This document shows positions 58,094 to 64,000 of a DNA stretch of 64,000 bases, in pieces. The stretch is from Candidatus Latescibacterota bacterium (lineage in GTDB: Bacteria; Latescibacterota; UBA2968; SICM01). Made by a program: the position numbers and the translations under genes. The notes under the pieces are model-generated. The model did no database searches. It was not told the origin of the DNA and worked only from the letters and a program-made list of their open reading frames with translations. Position 1 is the first letter of the stretch; every line of letters starts with the position of its first letter. Where the stretch lies: contig CBDCJO010000002.1 in the NCBI GenBank assembly GCA_965217865.1, positions 1,504,001 through 1,568,000 of the forward strand, in the 5' to 3' direction.

Positions 58094-59140
58094 CTATTGA
58101 TCTATTGACGCTATTGGAGGGGGGGAGTCCGGATGGACCAGAGACAGATCCTTGAGCTCCTCCCAGAAACCCGCGGGAATCTCCTGCTTGAAGTAGCCGA
58201 TGTTGGCTTCGAATTCCGAAACGGTACGGGCGCCGGGGATGATCGCGGCGACGGTCGGGTGTCCGAAGGGGAATTGCAGGGCCGCGGCCTGGAGGGGAAC
58301 GTCGTGCCGCGCGCAGACTTCCTCTATTCGGCGAGTGCGTTCGAGGATATCGGGAGGGGCCGGGCCGTAGTTGTAGTATGCCCCTTCGACGGCACCGGTG
58401 GCGAGGATCCCCGAGTTGTAAGGCCCCCCGATGACGATCCGGATGTTTTTCTCGAGGCAGAGGGGAAGGAGCTTGTGAAGGGATTCCTGTTCGAGGAGGG
58501 TGTAGCGCCCGGCCAGGAGAAAGCAGTCGAAGTCGCCTTCCACTGCGAAGTCGCAGAGCATCTGCCACTGGTTCATTCCCATTCCAATGGCCCGGACGAC
58601 TTTCTGTTCGCGAAGCTCGTGAAGGGCGGGAAACGCCCCGTCCATAACCTCGGAGAAGTGACCTTTATCCCGGGGGTCAAAGTCCGGCAGGATGCTTGCA
58701 CCCTCGTCCGGATCGTGGATCAGGAGGATGTCGATCCTGTCTGTCTGAAGGCGGCGAAGGCTCTCTTCGATGGAGCGAAGGACCGCGTCCCGTGAGTAGT
58801 CGAGAACGGGGTCAAAAGACGGGATATCCACAAAGACCCCGTCGGGAGGCTCAACCGAGGTGCGAGGAACAAGCGAGTAGCCGACCTTCGTGGAGATGAC
58901 CAGTTCCTCACGGTTGTAAGGGGATAGCCCGTGGCCAACCCGCGTTTCGCTAAGCCCGGAGCCGTAAAGAGGGGCGGTGTCGAAATAACGGATCCCCGCA
59001 TCATAGGCCGCCGCGATCGTCGCTTCGGCTGATCGTTCCGCCAGGGTGGTGAAGAGGTTGCCAAAAGGCGCTCCGCCAAGGCCCATCCGGGTGACTTTCA
59101 GACCGGAATGTCCGATCTCCTGTTTTTGATCTGGCTTCAT
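58094..59140 (-). CDS. aldo/keto reductase, D-threo-aldose (L-fucose) 1-dehydrogenase-like
   Basis: GLGGAPFGNLF, FDTAPLYGSGLSE, ISTKVG, LIHDPD, LLAGRYTLLEQ, GGPYNSGILA. Confidence 0.9.
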   Translation of the reverse strand: MKPDQKQEIGHSGLKVTRMGLGGAPFGNLFTTLAERSAEATIAAAYDAGIRYFDTAPLYGSGLSETRVGHGLSPYNREELVISTKVGYSLVPRTSVEPPDGVFVDIPSFDPVLDYSRDAVLRSIEESLRRLQTDRIDILLIHDPDEGASILPDFDPRDKGHFSEVMDGAFPALHELREQKVVRAIGMGMNQWQMLCDFAVEGDFDCFLLAGRYTLLEQESLHKLLPLCLEKNIRIVIGGPYNSGILATGAVEGAYYNYGPAPPDILERTRRIEEVCARHDVPLQAAALQFPFGHPTVAAIIPGARTVSEFEANIGYFKQEIPAGFWEELKDLSLVHPDSPPPIASIDQ

Positions 59141-59173
59141 CTTTTATCTTTCTGATGATCGGGATCCTTTGGT

Positions 59174-59201
59174 GTAGGGGCACGATGTATCGTGCCCCTA
59201 C
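59174..59201. repeat. GTAG-family REP palindrome (copy 2)
   Basis: GTAGGGGCACGATGTATCGTGCCCCTAC; one mismatch to the 36407 copy. Confidence 0.85.
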
Positions 59202-59310
59202 GATGGCTTCAACGCAAGATGCGTACATATTTTTTTGTAGCGGCAGAGCGAAGCGAAGACCACTATAGGGAAAGGGTTAACCGCGTTCACGATCGACGAA
59301 CGCCGATCCG

Positions 59311-59706
59311 TTATGATGCAAACCAATTCTCAATGGCCTCGAGAGAATCGAAATAGCCTGTTGGGTAGGTTGCCGGGGCCTCCACGGCAGGTTCCTTGGC
59401 CGGACCCACGCCTTCAGGGAAAAGAAAGGCCATCTTTTTAACCCCCGCGGCATTATATCTCGGGATGATTTTTTCACTTCTCCATGTGTCCAGGTTCTTG
59501 TTCCACCCGTGCATGAATTGCCTGGCATCGATGAGCATGAACGGAGGAAGCTGTTGTTCTCCAGATTCCGTGAACCGTTCGAGCCAATGTTTCACATCGT
59601 CGTCGGACATATCGGATGTGCCTTCCAGCCATTTCAACTCAAGAATCCCTTTGCTGTCATCGTACGTTATAGTGCCGAACGTATCTCGATAGAATTCGGT
59701 TGACAT
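59311..59706 (-). CDS. hypothetical protein, possibly SpoIIAA/STAS-like fold
   Basis: LELKW..MLIDARQF..IIPRYNAAGVKKMAFL..YFDSLEAIENWF; RBS AAGGAG. Confidence 0.65.
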   Translation of the reverse strand: MSTEFYRDTFGTITYDDSKGILELKWLEGTSDMSDDDVKHWLERFTESGEQQLPPFMLIDARQFMHGWNKNLDTWRSEKIIPRYNAAGVKKMAFLFPEGVGPAKEPAVEAPATYPTGYFDSLEAIENWFAS

Positions 59707-59759
59707 TCTGGACTCCTTCCCATTCTTCGCGTTAAAACCGCATACTGTCAGGCTTCAAC

Positions 59760-60302
59760 TTAACCCTTCGTTTTCTCAAAATCCTCCCGACCGATGCCAT
59801 ATACCAGCATCTCGTGTTCCCTGAACTCGATTCGCTCTTCAAGCCGTTGTCCCAGGCGTTCGGCCACCCGAATCGAGGCGACATTCTCCGGGTCAATCAG
59901 GCTAATGATGTGAGGGATCTTCAGGTCCGTGAAGGTGTGGGCCAGGGCCGCTCGCCCCCCCTCTGTCGCAAAGCCAAAGCCCCAGGATTCCCGACGAAGC
60001 ATCCAGGAGAGCTCTATCCCGGGCCAGCCTTCGGGATTGAAAAGACCGACCCTGCCGATCAACTCTCCGCTTGCGCGTTCCTCCACGGCCCACATCCCGT
60101 ATCCACGGAGTGACCAGTGGCCGAGCAGCATGGCCAGGCTGCGCCAAACCTCCGGCCGGGTCGAGTTTCCCCCCCCGATGAAGCGTGTGACCTCCGGATT
60201 GGCACATATCCGGGCATAGGCGTCCACGTCCTTATCACAGAACATCCGTAACACCAGGCGTTCCGTTTCGAGTTCTTTCCATCCTTTCTCACTGGATGAC
60301 AT
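59760..60302 (-). CDS. GNAT family N-acetyltransferase (RimJ/RimL type)
   Basis: LETERLVLR, GYGMWAVE, LIGRVGL, WGFGFATE, ENVASIRVAERLG. Confidence 0.92.
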   Translation of the reverse strand: MSSSEKGWKELETERLVLRMFCDKDVDAYARICANPEVTRFIGGGNSTRPEVWRSLAMLLGHWSLRGYGMWAVEERASGELIGRVGLFNPEGWPGIELSWMLRRESWGFGFATEGGRAALAHTFTDLKIPHIISLIDPENVASIRVAERLGQRLEERIEFREHEMLVYGIGREDFEKTKG

Positions 60303-61410
60303 AAAGATCCTCCGTGTCCATGACGGTCGTCAAGATTTTAGGGTCATCCTCGGTCACCACAAAGAGGTCCTCTTTGTGATAGACGAATCCTTTCGAATCT
60401 ACGACCGCGGGCTCGACATTGAGGACCATGCCGGGTTTGAGCTCGGCTTTTTCGTCGGCTTGAAGTACCGGGAACTCGTGCAGTCCGATGCCCAGCCCGT
60501 GCCCGATGGCCTGGCTGGTCACGGGCAGGCCTCTCTTCTCGACCCCGCGTTTATAGGTATTGTATATATCACACGCCCTGACTCCAGGACGCGCGGCTGC
60601 GATCGTCTCTTTCTGAACTTCCAACAAGCGTTTGTAGATCGACCTTTGCTCGTCGTTGGGAGGTCCGATCACTGCCGTTCGGGCAACGTCAGACTGATAT
60701 CCCCCGAAAACGGCCCCAAAGTCGACCCGTAGAATCTCGCCTCGGACAAGCGTTTTGGACCCGGGAAACGGGTGATTGACGGCCGTGTTTTCGCCTGCGG
60801 CGAAAACGATCCAGCGGGAGGTTGCGCCTGCATTCAGAACTCGTGCGGTCATGTCATCCGCCACCTTTTTCTCGGTGTCACCCGGCTTCGCTGCCTGAAA
60901 AGACGCGAGGATGACTTTTTCCGTGGATATCGCCGCCTTGGTCAAGATCTCGATTTCGGCAGGTGTCTTGACGGCGCGCGCGGCATCGAAGACCGGGTCC
61001 GCCCCGACCAGCGTGGCTTCGGGCAGAGAGGCTGCCAATTCCTCAACATAGCAGGCTGCCAGGAACTTTTTTTCGATTCCGATACGCGCGCTGCCCAGCC
61101 CTCGATCCTTCAGGAGTTCGGCCAGGGCCCGCATAGGCGTTTCCCGGAATTCAACGTAGGTGTTAATATCGGTGATCCAGGTATCGTTCCGGGTCTGTCG
61201 TTCCTCATTGTGACAAATAAAGGCCCAGGGATCACCTTCCCGGGGCACCAGGGCCATACAGATTCTTTCGGGGATGATCAGGTGCGACAGCAGGTAGGTA
61301 TCCGTAATGTAGGTAAAATTTTCAAGAGATGCCGCCAGCAAAAGATCCAGACTTTCGGCATCCATCCCCTGTTTCAAACCGTCCATGTTAATTCGAGAAG
61401 GGTCTCCCAT
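60289..61410 (-). CDS. M24 Xaa-Pro peptidase family protein
   Basis: RAVKTPAEI, VDFGAVFGGYQSDVART, GHGLGIGLHE, VLNVEP, HKED. Confidence 0.92.
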   Translation of the reverse strand: MGDPSRINMDGLKQGMDAESLDLLLAASLENFTYITDTYLLSHLIIPERICMALVPREGDPWAFICHNEERQTRNDTWITDINTYVEFRETPMRALAELLKDRGLGSARIGIEKKFLAACYVEELAASLPEATLVGADPVFDAARAVKTPAEIEILTKAAISTEKVILASFQAAKPGDTEKKVADDMTARVLNAGATSRWIVFAAGENTAVNHPFPGSKTLVRGEILRVDFGAVFGGYQSDVARTAVIGPPNDEQRSIYKRLLEVQKETIAAARPGVRACDIYNTYKRGVEKRGLPVTSQAIGHGLGIGLHEFPVLQADEKAELKPGMVLNVEPAVVDSKGFVYHKEDLFVVTEDDPKILTTVMDTEDLYVIQ

Positions 61411-61553
61411 CGATTGGTCTCCGTGAAAGGCCGTGATTCGGAAAGGCCGTGGATCGTGATTCGTGGTTCGTGATTCGAAAAGGTCCTAACCTTGACCGGA
61501 GTCGGAAAATGAGTTTGGATCCCGGTGTTTTTATTCTTCCTTCAAAGTTCCCT

Positions 61554-62285
61554 CTAATTTTGGGGGTCCCCGGCGTGGGCAATCACGAAATCCACGAGTT
61601 CCCGGCACTGGAAAAATCCGGGCCACCTGCTGTGGCCTTGCCCCTCCGGAACCAGGACTGTCACTTCCCCTCCGAACCGCCTGTACCGCCTGGCCAGTTC
61701 GGCCGTGTTCTTTTCGAGGGGAACCAACTCGTCAATATCACCGTGGATATGAAAGATCGGAACGCCTTGGTCAGCAAGGGGCTTTAGGCGGTCGATCGGA
61801 TTATGTTGGCCAAGCGCCTCGGAGAGCTGCGCTTCCGTCATGCCGTAGGCGGGCCCGGCTTTCTCGAGACCCGGATAGCTTCTGAGGTCGCAGACGGGGT
61901 AGATCCCGGCGATACACGCCACGCGATCCGGATGCTCAACGGCCCAGTTGTATTGCATCAGGGCCCCGCGGCTTCGGGCAAGAAGACATGCTTTCTCCCG
62001 GAGTCCGCGGTTTTTTTCAAGTTCCCCGTGAAGTGCGGTATAGAGGGCCCGGCCTTCCGGATTCCCGAACGATTCCCCCACGTCCAGGCCCGCAACGGCG
62101 AACCCGGCCTCCGAAAATCTTTTAAACATCCACTCTTCTTCGATACCAGGAAGACCGGGCAGCGTGGGCGCATACCAGACCCAGGGGGTTTTGGCTCCGC
62201 CCGTTCGGCATTCGGGAGGAATCAGGAAGGCTTCGTGATCTTCAACCGTGAAGGTTTCGCTGTCGATCGTGAGTTTCTTGGCCAT
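61554..62285 (-). CDS. alpha/beta hydrolase (S9-like)
   Basis: PWVWYAPT, ARSRGA nucleophile elbow, IHGDIDELVP, QGHS. Confidence 0.85.
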   Translation of the reverse strand: MAKKLTIDSETFTVEDHEAFLIPPECRTGGAKTPWVWYAPTLPGLPGIEEEWMFKRFSEAGFAVAGLDVGESFGNPEGRALYTALHGELEKNRGLREKACLLARSRGALMQYNWAVEHPDRVACIAGIYPVCDLRSYPGLEKAGPAYGMTEAQLSEALGQHNPIDRLKPLADQGVPIFHIHGDIDELVPLEKNTAELARRYRRFGGEVTVLVPEGQGHSRWPGFFQCRELVDFVIAHAGDPQN

Positions 62286-62390
62286 GAGACCACAGAAAGA
62301 CTGTCAAACGTGAGACGCAAGATCGTGGTCAGAGGCCAGAATAAATCCAGGGCTTAGAGGTCGGAGGTCAGTGGTCAAAGGTTGGGTTCG

Positions 62391-62597
62391 ACGCCCTCAT
62401 CCCCTGTATCCCCTTCTCCCGTCCTTCGACGAGCTCAGGACAGGCGCCGCAGGAGAAGGGGACGATGACAATCATTTCTATATATAAAGGATCCGCCTTT
62501 CCCTTCAAAAATCAATAAGATCATTTTCGAACTTCCCCTCTCCCGGCACCCGGGAGAGGGGTGCCGGGCTTGCGAGGCGGGGTGAGGGAGCACGAAG
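62391..62597. repeat. composite REP element, uninterrupted copy
   Basis: Two long hairpins matching 7563..7690 and 8296..8375; preceded by 7-mer arrays at 62304..62385. Confidence 0.8.
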
Positions 62598-62661
62598 GTT
62601 TATTAAATATTATAACGCAATTAGAAGATTAAGGCTTGACTTTACAAACCAAACTGAGTAA

Positions 62662-62802
62662 CTTCACACCGCACCTGACGTCAAAGGAGGAACCGACCAC
62701 CAGGACAACCTGCAACTGCTTTGCGGAGCCTGCAACAGCCTGAAAGGCGATAGGCCGCAAGCCTATCTGGTGGTGAGGCTGAAGGCGGATGGTATCCTGT
62801 AA
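62662..62802 (+). pseudogene. HNH endonuclease C-terminal remnant
   Basis: Manual translation after a TAA: LHTAPDVKGGTDHQDNLQLLCGACNSLKGDRPQAYLVVRLKADGIL*; no clear start codon or RBS, N-terminal half absent. Confidence 0.75.
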
Positions 62803-62821
62803 ATCGAAAGGAGGTGATAAT

Positions 62822-62992
62822 ATGGCCAGAATAAGTCCGTGGCATTCTGACGACGATGATGCGATTGTTTACCACGAGTGCACAAACTGCAATACGGGCA
62901 ATAACATCGAGACAGAAAACAGACGCTCGGGCACTGGAGGCAAAGAACAGTGCTTAGAATGTGCACGCCTGATCAGAAACAACAATTGCTAG
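62822..62992 (+). CDS. small Cys/His-rich hypothetical protein (56 aa)
   Basis: Strong RBS AAGGAGGTG; MARISPWHS..VYHECTNCNTGNNIE..GTGG..CLEC. Confidence 0.7.
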   Translation: MARISPWHSDDDDAIVYHECTNCNTGNNIETENRRSGTGGKEQCLECARLIRNNNC

Positions 62993-63315
62993 TAGCCCTC
63001 AGGAATTGACGGGACCGGAAGAAAGCGCGGATTAAATTCCATTGCCCAATGCGGTCCCGTCAATTCGTTATCCTGCACACCCCATTCCCTCGACAACTTT
63101 GTAACGGGCAATCCGTGAATCACCGCAACCCCGTAAGCACGAGGACCTTCCCCAACTCCACCACGAAACTCTACCGTTGGCTGGTCGTAAGCATGTCCTT
63201 CTCCACCCTGGCATGACTGGCAAGTTTCTACTCCATTTTTCTGTAGAATCTTAACCACATTTTCAATCTTTGGGTCTAAAATACTATCATGTGGCTTCCT
63301 TGATAAGCTATTCAT
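62989..63315 (-). CDS. hypothetical protein (108 aa), probable IS passenger
   Basis: LDPKIENVVKIL..GVETCQSCQGGEGH; RBS AGGGG; lower GC than the island. Confidence 0.65.
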   Translation of the reverse strand: MNSLSRKPHDSILDPKIENVVKILQKNGVETCQSCQGGEGHAYDQPTVEFRGGVGEGPRAYGVAVIHGLPVTKLSREWGVQDNELTGPHWAMEFNPRFLPVPSIPEGY

Positions 63316-63437
63316 AAACCCCTTTCCGTGTGAGATATGACAATGCGTCTTTTTCAGTTGTATAGAAATTGATGAGGGTATTGACTACTTGATAAAACAA
63401 CTAGAGAAGGTCCGAAAAAATGCAAAGCGTGCAAAGG

Positions 63438-64000
63438 TCATGCAAAGCATCCCTTCATGAACGTATCAAACGTCCGCTTGTTCTTCCGGTTATTGTATTT
63501 GTAGCACGCTTCGGCCACGTAGAACGGCGTGTAACGCTTCGTGTAGTGATGATGTGAACCGTACCAGGCTCGCTTGAGCAGGGACCATACGCCATCAATC
63601 GTGTTGGTGTGGATATCTCCGTCCGCGTATTGCCTGGCGTGGTGAATCACAGCATGGCTCATGATTTGCCTTACGGTGTTGTAGGCGCTAAATTCGTCCG
63701 TGACAAGCACCGACTCCGAAGGGTCTATCGCCTGTTTGATGAAGGCCAGAACTCCCCTGCCTGACAGATCGTCCGCCACACGGGCAACTACCTTCCCGCC
63801 ACGCTCCACGGCTCCTATAACCGGAGTCTTGCTAGTCCCGCGTCCTCTGGGAGCGTTGCCACCGCCACCTGACTGCCTGTTGCGTTTCCGTGGCTTGCCT
63901 CCTACGTAGGTCTCGTCGGCTTCGACGATCCCGCGCAACAATACCTTCCCCTGCCTTGTTGCCATCTCGGCACGAATCCGCTGTTGCACGTACCATGCGG
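63438..64000 (-). mobile_element. IS1595 family (ISXO2-like) transposase, 5' end outside window
   Basis: GIVEADETYVGG, RGRG, VIGAVERGG, VTDEFSAY, HTNTIDGVWSLLKR, YVAEACYKYN. Confidence 0.93.

Noticed and set aside
1-64000. tRNA, rRNA, riboswitch or recoded stop codons
   Set aside because: No cloverleaf, rRNA or riboswitch signature was recognised by eye, and split genes are explained by frame changes rather than in-frame stops; a covariance-model search was not run.

Overview
High-GC bacterial genomic DNA (the gene content suggests a Poribacteria/Latescibacterota/Planctomycetota-like heterotroph; inference only). Almost all genes lie on the minus strand and form a 64-kb catabolic island. It holds GH29 fucosidase, GH127, three GH32/43-like beta-propellers, four BNR/sialidase-like proteins, two sulfatases, six PhyH-family Fe/2OG dioxygenases, an SDR, an aldo/keto reductase and an M24 peptidase. 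The dominant structure is an expanded family of five ~745-aa proteins (duplicated N-terminal domain plus GHL10/DUF187-like TIM barrel whose usual catalytic Asp is replaced by Gly). Three of them are each paired with a DUF6785/DUF6784-type membrane protein; the copies are recombinational mosaics with hypervariable loops. Mobile DNA: a 4-kb stack (IS630, IS1380, and a TA-flanked MITE containing an IS200/IS605 tnpA element) inserted at the TA of one stop codon; two copies of a mini-element that retains only the first and last codons of a RAYT/IS200-like transposase; several REP families; strand-polarised degenerate 7-mer arrays in many spacers; and an IS1595 transposase with probable passenger genes and an HNH remnant. 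Five frameshifts each need +1 base at a short run and are probably long-read errors. No rRNA, tRNA or CRISPR array was seen.
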